Counted from the stretch's first letter, positions 29,882-39,935 are shown. The stretch: DNA of 64,000 nt from a virus (IMGVR_UViG_3300042256_000013:256001-320000), one strand, 5' to 3'. Made by a program: numbers and translations. Notes: generated by a model not told the origin, from the sequence alone.

Positions 29882-31396
29882 TTAACCAAGTACTTGATAA
29901 CGTGGGGCATCGATTACGCGAAGCATAACCTGTACTGGATCTACTTCCTCACCGCTCAGAATTGCTTCCAGAACGCTTGGAGAGAAACCACTTACCAGAG
30001 CTACGTTATTCTGGTCGAAACGAACAGGGTTGTTACCCGGACGTGCGTTAAGGTTCCAGAAGACGATAGTTGGAAGTTCATAACCCGCTGCTGCGAAGTC
30101 TGCTTTCGCAGAGTTGTACGCCGTGGCGTTCCAACCACCCGCATTACTTGGGTTGAATTCCATATCAGACAGAACAATTAAGTTCTTAGGCATCTGATCT
30201 GCTGGTACTTGCTGAGCTTTCGCTACACGCAGTACTTCACGGAATGCCGCCTGAATGTTTGTGCTACCACCCCAGAACTGACCAGCACGATAGCCCATCA
30301 GATCACGGTACTTAGCAGCAATGTTAATACCTTGCAGTTCAAACATGCGTGGCTGAGTACTGAAGTTCAGGAACAAGTTCTTGAACGCACCTTCTTGCTT
30401 ATCAGCGATGTACAGACCCAAAGAAATCGCAACGTTCATACAGGTCATGCCTGTATTACCAGCAGGACAGTTCATTGAAGAACTGGTATCTACCATTGGG
30501 ATTGCTTTGTTGTCGCCCATGAAGTTACGCAACTGTTCCCATTGAGCAACGCCCAAAGTCTCAGCAGCAATACCGTTCGCCAAACGAGTTGTTACATCGT
30601 ATGGATACAGAGCACCAGCGTTTACCTTCACTTCACCTTTCTCGATTGAAGAAAGGAACTCGCGGTAACGAGCTTCATCACGCTTCATGAACGCAGGAAG
30701 ATAACGAGCACTCGCAACTGATGGAAGCTTGCTGTATTCGATTTCATCCCATTCGTTCGCACACATCTTCTGTTCAACAGTGTTGCTCAGAGATGACAGA
30801 AGCTTACGATAAGCACGTTCGTTGATGTTCATGGTGGTCATGATCTCACGAGCGATTTTGTTGTTCGCAGCACGATTTTTGTTCGCAGTAGTGTTCATAT
30901 CAATAACGCCAGAAGCGTTTTTCTTGAACTTGTATACACGTGGCAACCACTTAGCACACAATGCGTTACCAGCGGTCAACGCTTCAGAGATTGCCTGGTA
31001 AGCCAGAGTCTTTGCTGCTGCTGTTTTGAAGATCAACAGATCATCCCAGCGACCGAAGTCTGCCAGTACTGGAATCACACGCAGTACTGCATCAGGGTGC
31101 TTAACTTCAAGGTACTTCAAAAGTTCACGAGGGGTATTACGCTCACCCGCACCACCACGAATATCACGTGCCCAAAGAATCATCTGCAAAGCAAGCGTCG
31201 GGTTAGCTTCGTATGCTGCGTCAAATGAATTTTTATACACACCAAGATCTTTGCCACGCAAAGAACCGATCATGAAGAACAGATCGACCAATGGATTCAG
31301 CGTACTTTTCAGTGAAGCTGCACCATTTGCAGTGGTAGAACGGTTTTGTGATGCTGTAGTGTTTACGTTGTTTACTGCGTTTTTAAATGCTGACAT
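29882..31396 (-). CDS. Ro60/TROVE-like plus VWA protein (DUF2828 family)
   Basis: NPLVDLFF, ARDIRGGAGER, FGRWDDL, AKWLPR, VEQKMCANEW, VWA DTSSSM, LSDMEF and FWNL..SGFSP motifs. Confidence 0.85.
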   Translation of the reverse strand: MSAFKNAVNNVNTTASQNRSTTANGAASLKSTLNPLVDLFFMIGSLRGKDLGVYKNSFDAAYEANPTLALQMILWARDIRGGAGERNTPRELLKYLEVKHPDAVLRVIPVLADFGRWDDLLIFKTAAAKTLAYQAISEALTAGNALCAKWLPRVYKFKKNASGVIDMNTTANKNRAANNKIAREIMTTMNINERAYRKLLSSLSNTVEQKMCANEWDEIEYSKLPSVASARYLPAFMKRDEARYREFLSSIEKGEVKVNAGALYPYDVTTRLANGIAAETLGVAQWEQLRNFMGDNKAIPMVDTSSSMNCPAGNTGMTCMNVAISLGLYIADKQEGAFKNLFLNFSTQPRMFELQGINIAAKYRDLMGYRAGQFWGGSTNIQAAFREVLRVAKAQQVPADQMPKNLIVLSDMEFNPSNAGGWNATAYNSAKADFAAAGYELPTIVFWNLNARPGNNPVRFDQNNVALVSGFSPSVLEAILSGEEVDPVQVMLRVIDAPRYQVLG

Positions 31397-31457
31397 TATA
31401 CTTTCCTTCTCAGAAATGGTTAAATTTTATTTGTTGACTCACTTCTCTAACTTTTGG

Positions 31458-31748
31458 TTAGTCGTCATCGTCCGAATCAGGAGCACGTTCACCAGGCAAC
31501 TCCAATGTATGGAACATACCAAATGATACTTCTACTGCTTTACCTGTTTTGCGATTGTAAGCGTAGCCTGAATCTGTTTTATAATTAGATTCATCATGCA
31601 TAACTTCATCAATCCAAACATGGCTTTCTGTCAAATGAACAACTTCAGCTTCATCACCTTGGGTAATGAAACCAGCACCGTGAAAGAAACGATTAACTGT
31701 ATCGCCGACTTTCAATGATGCCAAATACTCTTGCTTAGTCATAAGCAT
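31458..31748 (-). CDS. Hypothetical protein
   Basis: 96 aa ORF with a GAGG RBS, directly after promoter copy 4. Confidence 0.65.
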   Translation of the reverse strand: MLMTKQEYLASLKVGDTVNRFFHGAGFITQGDEAEVVHLTESHVWIDEVMHDESNYKTDSGYAYNRKTGKAVEVSFGMFHTLELPGERAPDSDDDD

Positions 31749-31766
31749 TCCCTCTTAATGATTTAC

Positions 31767-31795
31767 ATTATACCACATTTCTATGGCCTGTTTCA
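31767..31795 (-). promoter_or_regulatory. Phage promoter class TGAAAC-N17-TATAAT (copy 4)
   Basis: Minus strand reads TGAAAC aggccatagaaa TGTGG TATAAT. Confidence 0.8.
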
Positions 31796-31844
31796 AATTT
31801 TTTCGCTTAAAAAGGCAACTTTTTTCAGTTGCCTATATAAAATG

Positions 31845-32075
31845 TTAACTTTTAGTTGTGTCTGTAAAAGTTTTACATTCAGGTTTAAATGGAGCCATCA
31901 CTTTATTACCATAATCAGGAGAAAATGGACTTGGCATTTTTTCATTCGCAACAACATTAATCATGTGACTTTTTACTTGCTCACAAATATTAGCATTAGG
32001 CATTGGAACTGCCTTTACTTCACTAAAGCCATGACCGCTTACAGTAACATAAAACAGAAATGTTGCTAATACCAT
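31845..32075 (-). CDS. Small hypothetical (possibly exported) protein
   Basis: 76 aa, hydrophobic N-terminus, two Cys; GGAGG RBS. Confidence 0.55.
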   Translation of the reverse strand: MVLATFLFYVTVSGHGFSEVKAVPMPNANICEQVKSHMINVVANEKMPSPFSPDYGNKVMAPFKPECKTFTDTTKS

Positions 32076-32077
32076 TT

Positions 32078-33334
32078 TTAATCCTCCACTTTCAGAAGGT
32101 ATTTGTTGTTGATGACTTTGAAGTGGATAGTCTGACCATTCACTTTTACAGTACTTTTGTACACATCACCTTCACAAATCGGAGCAACAATGCTCGCATG
32201 ATCCGCTGATGCAAGTGCATCAGAGATGGAAGTGTATACATCAAAGAAGTATACAATTTCACCCTGCGGAACTACTGTCAGACCCAGGATATTTGACAAT
32301 TCGATAAAATCAGCATCATCCAGGAAGTTCTGAGCATCAATATCCCAAACACGGAATGCATAGAACTGATGTTCTTCCAGTTGTTCGATATTACCCTGGA
32401 TACCCGGACCCATACATTCGCCCTGAATAGCAAGCTGGCGATTGTTATCGGTGCAGTACTTACGTAGACGTTCAATAATATCGTCTTTCAATGCTGCTTT
32501 CCAGAATGCTGCACTTTCATCGAACTTCAGTGCGAGGTTACGTGAACACACGATACCTTGACCTTCTTCCCACTGGAACGGATAAGGAATGACTTCTGCA
32601 ACGTCCAGTGTCTGAGTTTCCTCATTAAACACTTTCAGATCATCATCAATCTTTTCTACAAAGAAATCAGGATTGCTTACGAAAGCAATAGTCTGACTTG
32701 AACCTTCCAGTTTCAGAGATTTACGGAAAGGTACACCCTGCATAGTCTGACTGTACTTACCGAACACGTTCTGAATACGATCTTCATCAGTTTTTGGAAT
32801 GAAGATCGGGAAGTTACCAGCAGTCTTAACACGACCTGCACCAGTACCGCCATTACGTTCATCAGGACGTTCGTACTTAGTTACATCCAGGAACTGTTCG
32901 ATTCCATTGCGAGAATCTTCAAGTGCACGGAACACTTTACAGAAGCGTTCTACACTATCAGACGCTTTGATGCTGAGTTGTTCTGCAATTGCAGAAATAG
33001 TTTCTGGATCAATAATTGTAATCGGCAGAGCTAAGCCCTGGCTAACCTGTCCACGCAATTTAATAGTACGTAGACGGAGGCGTTCTTTACCAGCTTCATC
33101 AGTTTTAGTTCCATTGCGAAGCAAGAAACCAAACAATGGATTATCAGCAGGAAGAAAAGAATCGATTTCAAAGAAAATACAGTAATTCGTAGGTTCGAAT
33201 TCGCCTTTCTTAATAACGACTTGCCAGCCATCAACAGTTGCTACTTCGATAGCATCTGCATTTACAATTGGGTCAACCGCATTGATTTTACGGACAGTTA
33301 CCAGACGACGACCTTCAGTTACGAGTTCAGCCAT
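32078..33334 (-). CDS. ATP-dependent RNA ligase (DRB0094/Rnl5 family)
   Basis: N-terminal OB-like domain (NADAIE...GWQVV.KKGEF, FEIDS, LRGQVSQGL), then KTDEDRIQN, motif I KLEGSS, QGE..GPGIQGN, EG and FKVINNKYL. Confidence 0.9.
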   Translation of the reverse strand: MAELVTEGRRLVTVRKINAVDPIVNADAIEVATVDGWQVVIKKGEFEPTNYCIFFEIDSFLPADNPLFGFLLRNGTKTDEAGKERLRLRTIKLRGQVSQGLALPITIIDPETISAIAEQLSIKASDSVERFCKVFRALEDSRNGIEQFLDVTKYERPDERNGGTGAGRVKTAGNFPIFIPKTDEDRIQNVFGKYSQTMQGVPFRKSLKLEGSSQTIAFVSNPDFFVEKIDDDLKVFNEETQTLDVAEVIPYPFQWEEGQGIVCSRNLALKFDESAAFWKAALKDDIIERLRKYCTDNNRQLAIQGECMGPGIQGNIEQLEEHQFYAFRVWDIDAQNFLDDADFIELSNILGLTVVPQGEIVYFFDVYTSISDALASADHASIVAPICEGDVYKSTVKVNGQTIHFKVINNKYLLKVED

Positions 33335-33369
33335 TTTTCTTTTCTCTCTTTGTTTGATTAAGTGTGAGC

Positions 33370-33398
33370 ATTATACATAATACTCACTGACCTGTCAA
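33370..33398 (-). promoter_or_regulatory. Consensus sigma70 promoter upstream of the RNA ligase
   Basis: Perfect TTGACA-17-TATAAT on the minus strand. Confidence 0.85.
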
Positions 33399-33973
33399 GC
33401 ACTTGGAAGACAAAAATCGATATAATTTTGTTCTTTGTCAGAGTCAGAATATAACGTATTTTTAACGTTCGTGAACAAATTTTCAATAAGGAACGGGCAA
33501 CCTTGATGGTTACGATAGTTCATTATAATCTGATCGACGTGCTTTGTAAAGCACACATCAGCATAAAGAATATTTTGTAATTCAGTACCATCAGGCCAAT
33601 AAGCATCATAGTACTTGTCTTCGTACTTAATAGCACAATGACAGAAAATATCAGGAAACTTATAGCCAGTCCATTCTGAACGTTCATCAGTTTGCCAAAG
33701 TCCGACAATTTCAACTTCAGTATTATGAACATCCATCATATACGATTGGACGAATAATGCAGTTGGTAAACAAATTCCAGTACCTAACTGATTACGACCA
33801 CTACATACACTCATATCGAACAAAACACGGTTCCATTTACGAGAACGTAGCAAATGTGGATAATTAGTTTCTAACCAGTTACGATGAATAGCATCATGGG
33901 CTGGTTTGAATACTTTTAAGTGTTCTAAAATTACAGCATTATAAGCATTACCAATACTTTCTGAAATATTCAT
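33395..33973 (-). CDS. Hypothetical protein, possible Cys-His-Asp (papain/transglutaminase-like) fold
   Basis: GIC..TA, HCAIKY..KYYDA pattern. Start set at MNISE. Confidence 0.35.
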   Translation of the reverse strand: MNISESIGNAYNAVILEHLKVFKPAHDAIHRNWLETNYPHLLRSRKWNRVLFDMSVCSGRNQLGTGICLPTALFVQSYMMDVHNTEVEIVGLWQTDERSEWTGYKFPDIFCHCAIKYEDKYYDAYWPDGTELQNILYADVCFTKHVDQIIMNYRNHQGCPFLIENLFTNVKNTLYSDSDKEQNYIDFCLPSA

Positions 33974-34290
33974 TATACTCTCCGATTCCATTTATTCATT
34001 ACTTCGTCAATTGAGTTGCCAGTAAGTTCACATCCACAACCAAATTCACTTTCGAGACAACTAAATGACCAAACATAACCACGTTCAGTAATTTGAGACT
34101 CTAGTAATATTTGTAAGGGATGTTGATAATAATAAATTATTCCTAAATCTTCACCAAAATCACGAATATCTAAAAAAGGAGATTTTACCCATTCTCCAGT
34201 CGGATAAAGACTATCATGTAAATTATAATGGCCTGGTTGATTTCCACAAAATGGGCATGGTTTAATTTCACCAGTATATGGATGACTCAT
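33973..34290 (-). CDS. Lar-family (restriction alleviation) zinc-ribbon protein
   Basis: KPCPFCG ... C....GCG ... WNRR, the Lar-like signature. Confidence 0.65.
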   Translation of the reverse strand: MSHPYTGEIKPCPFCGNQPGHYNLHDSLYPTGEWVKSPFLDIRDFGEDLGIIYYYQHPLQILLESQITERGYVWSFSCLESEFGCGCELTGNSIDEVMNKWNRRV

Positions 34291-34299
34291 AGAAGTGCC

Positions 34300-34623
34300 T
34301 TAATATTTGATTGGTAAATCTTCAAGTTTAACATCTAATCCATAATGTTCATTGAACTGCTCAATATTAAGAAAAATTCTAGAAGCAATTTCTTTATTAC
34401 GAACACGTGAACGACTATTCTTAGATGTAATTTCAATAGGAACATTAACCATCTTACTAAATGAATTTCGACGATAAGCACGTTCTTGAACTTCAATACG
34501 ATGGAATTTATATTTAAGTTTTAAGTACTGAAAACCAGGATCACTTTGAAGAAGATAAAGTAATTTATTCTTCGTCCAAAATGTCATCTTCGCTTTGTTG
34601 CGATTGATCAATTTTCTTTTCAT
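34300..34623 (-). CDS. Basic hypothetical protein
   Basis: 107 aa ORF in operon. Confidence 0.55.
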   Translation of the reverse strand: MKRKLINRNKAKMTFWTKNKLLYLLQSDPGFQYLKLKYKFHRIEVQERAYRRNSFSKMVNVPIEITSKNSRSRVRNKEIASRIFLNIEQFNEHYGLDVKLEDLPIKY

Positions 34624-34756
34624 GTTCTTTTAATTTCTTACGTAAAGTTGAACTGCTGGAAAATCCAGGCTTAGCCTGGAATTCTTCTTTCCGAATCTCA
34701 TATTCCTTATTCAAGGATTTGAGAATCTTTTTTGCGTGTTTATTGAAATCACTCAT
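34565..34756 (-). CDS. Hypothetical protein
   Basis: 63 aa ORF with a 4-bp overlap to the upstream gene. Confidence 0.45.
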   Translation of the reverse strand: MSDFNKHAKKILKSLNKEYEIRKEEFQAKPGFSSSSTLRKKLKEHEKKIDQSQQSEDDILDEE

Positions 34757-35088
34757 GGAGCAATGCCAACATCATACATGTCTTCATAAACAGTGCCGTC
34801 TTCATCAGTTACCATCTCACGAACCCAATCATGGTATTTTTGAGATGCTTCACCAGTTACAAAACGAAGTTCTGTATGACCGTTATCCCATGATGCTAAA
34901 GATACAATAACTGGAGTATCATTTAGAATACGAGCAGCTTGGTCGAGTACCCAATCTTTATGATGTTGACCATCAATACCGCCATACTTACCAATAAAGA
35001 TAAGAGCCATTACATCCGGTGGTGCTTCAAAGAATGGATTAAGTACTGGATCATTTGTTACATCTACAACGCCTAAATAGCCTTCCAT
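34753..35088 (-). CDS. Conserved phage hypothetical protein (YGGIDGxHHKxWV.DQ motif)
   Basis: Distinct His/Asp-rich motif and C-terminal GIAP; AAGGA RBS. Confidence 0.65.
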   Translation of the reverse strand: MEGYLGVVDVTNDPVLNPFFEAPPDVMALIFIGKYGGIDGQHHKDWVLDQAARILNDTPVIVSLASWDNGHTELRFVTGEASQKYHDWVREMVTDEDGTVYEDMYDVGIAP

Positions 35089-35097
35089 ATTTTTTCC

Positions 35098-35373
35098 TTA
35101 TGGGTACATGATTTGTTTCTTATATAATTCTTCAAGTTCTTCATCTGAGCAATTCATCAGATTTTCAAATTGTGGAAATTCAACAACTAGTGCTGAACTT
35201 TCAATCTCAAGTTCACAAACTTCAAATTTAACATTAGAATATTCATTATAATATTCTAAATATCCACGTTTGATCATAGCAGAACGCAGATTGTCATATT
35301 CACCTTTCACTTCTTCAATTGGATACATAGAATTTGGTTCAAAATATAATTCCAGTACTTTATAAATTTTCAT
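35098..35373 (-). CDS. Hypothetical protein
   Basis: 91 aa ORF in operon. Confidence 0.6.
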   Translation of the reverse strand: MKIYKVLELYFEPNSMYPIEEVKGEYDNLRSAMIKRGYLEYYNEYSNVKFEVCELEIESSALVVEFPQFENLMNCSDEELEELYKKQIMYP

Positions 35374-35375
35374 TT

Positions 35376-35909
35376 TTATTTTCCATGCAATGGTTTATTG
35401 CTTTGGTAATAATAAGTCTTCTCTGATGTTTCAAGAGTGAAACTTTTCTGACATAGTGCTTCTGCCAGTTTATATGCTAACGATTTTGCTTCTTCTAAAA
35501 GCTCATCATTCGATTTAGGAAATCGTGGATAACAAATAACACGAGCAGTAATACCAGATTCTTTACCGCCAGTATATACATAATCACACGGAGAGATTTG
35601 ATAACATGCACCTTGTTCGAAAGTGAATTCACGAGTCGTTTTAACTGCTGTATCATAATCACCTGCCATATGGATAGTCACATATGACGTATCACATGAG
35701 TTTACTTCTTTATAGAATTCATGTTCTACTTTTTGCTTCAGGGAAAGACGCTGGAACATTACATTGAACCATGAAGAAAGTTCATCGAGTTCAATTTCAG
35801 TTAGATAATCATGTGCTTCAATTCGAAGTCCTGAACTTCTTTTATACCATTCTTCAATAGTATAACAATCTTGATATATCTTTTCAAATTCAGATTTGAA
35901 ATTATGCAT
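35376..35909 (-). CDS. Hypothetical protein (YTGG.E.G...YPRFP motif)
   Basis: 177 aa ORF in operon. Confidence 0.65.
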   Translation of the reverse strand: MHNFKSEFEKIYQDCYTIEEWYKRSSGLRIEAHDYLTEIELDELSSWFNVMFQRLSLKQKVEHEFYKEVNSCDTSYVTIHMAGDYDTAVKTTREFTFEQGACYQISPCDYVYTGGKESGITARVICYPRFPKSNDELLEEAKSLAYKLAEALCQKSFTLETSEKTYYYQSNKPLHGK

Positions 35910-36498
35910 TTTCTACCTTTATTGGAGTTAAGTGTAATACAGGTTCAGCCATATGTTCTTCTAAATCAACAATACGAAGAAACGTATAAGGACTAATAGT
36001 ACGAGTAGTGTCAAAGCACAATCCAGGATTATGTTTGGATTCATACATACGACCATAACCATAATATTTGTTTTCAATCCAAATACGATCACCATTAGAA
36101 AAATTAATAGTGTGATTATCCAGTTCAGCTTGAACTTGATCATTTTCATAAGCAAGAATAAGACGTAAAATATAACGATCCGCACGGTCAATTATCGGTC
36201 GATCAGTATGTCTGTCTTTATATTCTTTCCATGCAGTTGGATATTGTTTTTTAAGATACTCAAAATGTTGGTCTGAGGTCATCACAACAGTTGGTATCTC
36301 TTCGGTGCTAAGTTCACCAGGAATTAAATTTTGGTCAGGGAGTCGTAAACGAGTCAATTCTATTTGAGCAGCTTCTATTTTCTTTAAAGCTTTAGTGCTA
36401 CGGATTGATGAAATTTGAGTATTAAACAACCAACCAAGAACGCCAATGATAGCATGTGAAGCTACAAGTCCAATGATGCCTACCGTTGTGATGATCAT
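35902..36498 (-). CDS. Membrane-anchored hypothetical protein
   Basis: N-terminal transmembrane segment. Confidence 0.65.
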   Translation of the reverse strand: MIITTVGIIGLVASHAIIGVLGWLFNTQISSIRSTKALKKIEAAQIELTRLRLPDQNLIPGELSTEEIPTVVMTSDQHFEYLKKQYPTAWKEYKDRHTDRPIIDRADRYILRLILAYENDQVQAELDNHTINFSNGDRIWIENKYYGYGRMYESKHNPGLCFDTTRTISPYTFLRIVDLEEHMAEPVLHLTPIKVENA

Positions 36499-36998
36499 GA
36501 TAAGTGTACTTCCTCGTTTTTATGTTTACGTTTAAAGAAACCATGTTGAACATCTTTTTCATTATCTTCTTTCAACATAGAACGAATTTTCATAAGCTTT
36601 TTCCAAGCTTCAGTACTGATAGCTTTACGCCCATTACGAACATTATTTTTGTTCTGTTTATAATGAGCTACATGCAATGGTTCATCAGCCAGCCAGCCAA
36701 AACAATAATGGTCAGGTTGATCAATTTGAACATAGATACGTTGTGCATCATAACTAACTGCACCATTTTGAATCACTTTAGTGAACAATAAATTATCGTT
36801 GTACTTACTTAATTGAACAGTGAATTCACCATTCTCATATCGTTCAAGTACTCTAAGTAATCTTGCACTTTCAGCCTTATCTTTAAATGGATGCATCTGA
36901 AAACGCTGAGGTCCAATACCGAACCAACCTGCTAATGAGGCTTCCATAATGAACCATCCAGCACTAATACCAGTCATAATTGCGAATCCAAAAGGCAT
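36495..36998 (-). CDS. Membrane-anchored hypothetical protein
   Basis: N-terminal hydrophobic segment; GGAG RBS. Confidence 0.65.
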   Translation of the reverse strand: MPFGFAIMTGISAGWFIMEASLAGWFGIGPQRFQMHPFKDKAESARLLRVLERYENGEFTVQLSKYNDNLLFTKVIQNGAVSYDAQRIYVQIDQPDHYCFGWLADEPLHVAHYKQNKNNVRNGRKAISTEAWKKLMKIRSMLKEDNEKDVQHGFFKRKHKNEEVHLS

Positions 36999-37034
36999 TT
37001 TTATTTCTCCATTAACTAGATAAGGCTGATTCTA

Positions 37035-37622
37035 TCAGCCTTCTTTGGGTGTGTCAAGCTTTTCTTTCTGGAATTTACGGTAACAGTGGCGGCACATGCT
37101 TCTGTAAACATCATTTCCACCAATCAAAACTTGTTCAGTACTTTCAACTAAACGAGCATTGAAGATAGCCTTTTTACCACAATGGCAAATAGTTTTCATC
37201 TCTTCAATACTATCAGCAATCTCAAGAAGACGTTTCGACCCACTGAACAAGTTAGATTCAAAGTCCGTCTTAATGCCATAACAAAGTACTGGAACATTTA
37301 AATCATCGGCTATTACACCTAGAATATCAACCTGTTCTTTAGAAAGAAATTGACATTCATCAATGAAAACTGCTTTAACATCGTTAGTAACAATATCTTC
37401 TATTGCTTTGGTAAGTACTGTTAAGTCATCTTTAGGAATAATAATAGCATCAGTTTCAATACCAATTCTGGATGTTACTTTTCCTGTTCCATATCTATCG
37501 TCCAGTGCAGATGTGAATACAAGTACGTTGTAATTACGTTCTTTGTAGTTATAAGCTGCCTGAAGAAGTGCTGTACTTTTTCCTGCTGACATTACAGAAT
37601 GTCGGAAATAAATCTTCGCCAT
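37035..37622 (-). CDS. tdk: Thymidine kinase
   Basis: MSAGKST, SRIG, DECQF, YGIKTDF...F.GS, zinc Cys pairs CHCG and CRHC. Confidence 0.95.
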   Translation of the reverse strand: MAKIYFRHSVMSAGKSTALLQAAYNYKERNYNVLVFTSALDDRYGTGKVTSRIGIETDAIIIPKDDLTVLTKAIEDIVTNDVKAVFIDECQFLSKEQVDILGVIADDLNVPVLCYGIKTDFESNLFSGSKRLLEIADSIEEMKTICHCGKKAIFNARLVESTEQVLIGGNDVYRSMCRHCYRKFQKEKLDTPKEG

Positions 37623-37635
37623 AGTAAAATCCTTT

Positions 37636-37926
37636 TTACTTTAATTTAACATGCGTAGTTTTTACAGTACCACCAGTATTGACAAGTTCAATTTTGCCTT
37701 TCTTGATGAGTCTTTTTAAATCTGGATCATTCTTTGTCTGTAAACAATATTTTCTATTCACTGGAAAATTAAATCCAGAATTTAGTACTTCAAGGATTAA
37801 AGCCCTACGCTCTTTACCATAATCCATTTCACGAATTTTCCAGTACTTGAGTAATAATGGTGTCGGATTCCTATTACTATCACGCAATAACTCATCAGAC
37901 ATACGAATATATGTTCTTAATGCCAT
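37636..37926 (-). CDS. Hypothetical protein
   Basis: 96 aa basic ORF. Confidence 0.6.
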   Translation of the reverse strand: MALRTYIRMSDELLRDSNRNPTPLLLKYWKIREMDYGKERRALILEVLNSGFNFPVNRKYCLQTKNDPDLKRLIKKGKIELVNTGGTVKTTHVKLK

Positions 37927-38120
37927 TATTCATCATCTACTGATATATTATAAGTTTCAGTGTCATCTCGAACTATTTCATTAGAAAGTTCTGTTCCATC
38001 GTACCAATTTTCCAATGCTTCTTCTTTAGATGAAGCAAGTACACGGTAAGTTGCATATCCACGAACATATCCACTGTAATCTCTGGTTACAATATATTCT
38101 TTTTTATCTTCAGTACTCAT
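37926..38120 (-). CDS. Hypothetical protein
   Basis: 64 aa acidic ORF; AAGGA RBS. Confidence 0.6.
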   Translation of the reverse strand: MSTEDKKEYIVTRDYSGYVRGYATYRVLASSKEEALENWYDGTELSNEIVRDDTETYNISVDDE

Positions 38121-38144
38121 TTGTTCTAATTCCTTAAATTCTAA

Positions 38145-38555
38145 TCATTCAGATGTATTTTCTTTATCTTTAAAACCTAAATGCCAACGACGATATGCAC
38201 CGAGTTCAGTACTTTCATCGTATTCACATTCACTAATATCAGTTGCTTCTTTACCTTCTTTGAATTCATCTGATTCCCAAATATCAAAGTAATCTGATGG
38301 GTCATAACCAGAAATATGCCATCCAATAAGATCAACAAGAAACTCAATCTTATCTTGTTCTTCAGTTAGAATAGTACAGTGTTCTGTCCAATTGAAATTA
38401 TCAACATATACTTCAGAATGTTTACCCAGGATTTCTCCAAAATATACGGTAACACCAGTAAGTGCTTCCATCCATTCTCTTGTAGTTACAAAAAGACCAT
38501 CTACTGAACCTTGACGACCATAATCAAGTTCAAAACGTACTAAAATATTACTCAT
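38145..38555 (-). CDS. Conserved phage hypothetical protein (YFGEILGKHSEV motif)
   Basis: 136 aa ORF in operon. Confidence 0.65.
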   Translation of the reverse strand: MSNILVRFELDYGRQGSVDGLFVTTREWMEALTGVTVYFGEILGKHSEVYVDNFNWTEHCTILTEEQDKIEFLVDLIGWHISGYDPSDYFDIWESDEFKEGKEATDISECEYDESTELGAYRRWHLGFKDKENTSE

Positions 38556-39243
38556 ATTTTTTTACCAAATAGTGTGTGAGACGAATCTCACGTTCATAAT
38601 TATCTAATTTTAACTGGATATAACGTGGGTCATCCAGTAAGGTAACAATACCTGTATATTCTTTCTTATTAAGAATTCCCCAAGCAAAATCTTCACTGTT
38701 AACTATTACAGCATCACCAATTACAGCTATCGTACCATCAGGATATGTAGCTTCTTGAACTCCATAATACTGTTGAACTTCTTCAATATCGTAATAATCT
38801 TCATAGTCAGAAGAATAAGCTTCATGTTCTTTTAAATCTTTAAGTACTTCTTCTAAATTTGTTCCTTTTGGAAATATTACATATTCAGGGAATAAATCAA
38901 ATGAAGATGGAAAAGTACTAATTTTCAATTCATATTCAACTGCTTCTTGATATGAAGTTATAATTTCGGGATATAGATAAAAAGTACCATGTTGATCTGA
39001 TTCAACTGATACGGCAATTAATGGTCGAAGTACTGGAGACGTTTGATATTCTAAGCAGAATTTATATGCTGCATCAATTGAATCAAACCAACCACCATCA
39101 ATAATATTTTCTGGATATTCCCATTGAAGAATATCAACGCAAATATTGGATTCTAATTTTAGTGGCGTATCATTCAATAATATTAGATATTTTTCTTCAG
39201 ATTGAATATCCTCAATAAGAGAATATAGATCATCAATTGTCAT
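38548..39243 (-). CDS. Acidic hypothetical protein
   Basis: Start set at MTIDD (39243) after GGAG. Confidence 0.6.
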   Translation of the reverse strand: MTIDDLYSLIEDIQSEEKYLILLNDTPLKLESNICVDILQWEYPENIIDGGWFDSIDAAYKFCLEYQTSPVLRPLIAVSVESDQHGTFYLYPEIITSYQEAVEYELKISTFPSSFDLFPEYVIFPKGTNLEEVLKDLKEHEAYSSDYEDYYDIEEVQQYYGVQEATYPDGTIAVIGDAVIVNSEDFAWGILNKKEYTGIVTLLDDPRYIQLKLDNYEREIRLTHYLVKKYE

Positions 39244-39284
39244 ACTTTTCTCCAAATAAAAGAAAAGGAGGCAAAGCCTCCTTA

Positions 39285-39890
39285 TTATTCTTCCTCTTGT
39301 TCTTCATCGTCAAATGTATAATCGTCGTCGGATTCATCATACTCTTCATCCTCCCAACGGTACGCATCATAACGTTCATCTTCCGAAGAAGTGAGTTCAA
39401 CATGAACTCCATGTTGTTTCAAATACGAAATGAAACTACCAGGATTGTTTTCATCCAAAGCGTTTTCAAAGAACACATAATATGCGTCTTCAAATTCTTT
39501 CTCTGCATAATAACCATACTCCCAATAAGTATCCCAATCCGTGTCTTGAGGCCAATTAGCCCATGTTGGATGAACTTTACGGTCTAATAGTCCACGATCA
39601 ATAATCGCAGTCTTATAGCGTTGTTCAAGTTCCTCGTTTGTTTCACGAAGTTTCCATTCTGGACGTGGAATACCACAGCCTATACTTTCTAAGCGATTAA
39701 GAATTTCATTACAAAATGCATAATAATCTGCTTCATCTACATCGTAACAATGTGCTGAACTACCTGAATAGTACTCTCCAAAATTCTGATGCGAATCAGA
39801 ATGAACTGAAAGAATATCATTACTATAGGAACCGCACGTTTCACAATCTGAATAGCTATCATGAACATTGATGGTCAATTCTACTGACAT
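39285..39890 (-). CDS. Acidic hypothetical protein with a CxxC motif
   Basis: SDCETCGS and AHC motifs. Flanked by terminator hairpins at 39263-39283 and 39907-39930. Confidence 0.65.
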   Translation of the reverse strand: MSVELTINVHDSYSDCETCGSYSNDILSVHSDSHQNFGEYYSGSSAHCYDVDEADYYAFCNEILNRLESIGCGIPRPEWKLRETNEELEQRYKTAIIDRGLLDRKVHPTWANWPQDTDWDTYWEYGYYAEKEFEDAYYVFFENALDENNPGSFISYLKQHGVHVELTSSEDERYDAYRWEDEEYDESDDDYTFDDEEQEEE

Positions 39891-39935
39891 ATATTTTCTC
39901 CAAAAGAAAAGGAGACTAAATTGTCTCCTTATTGA

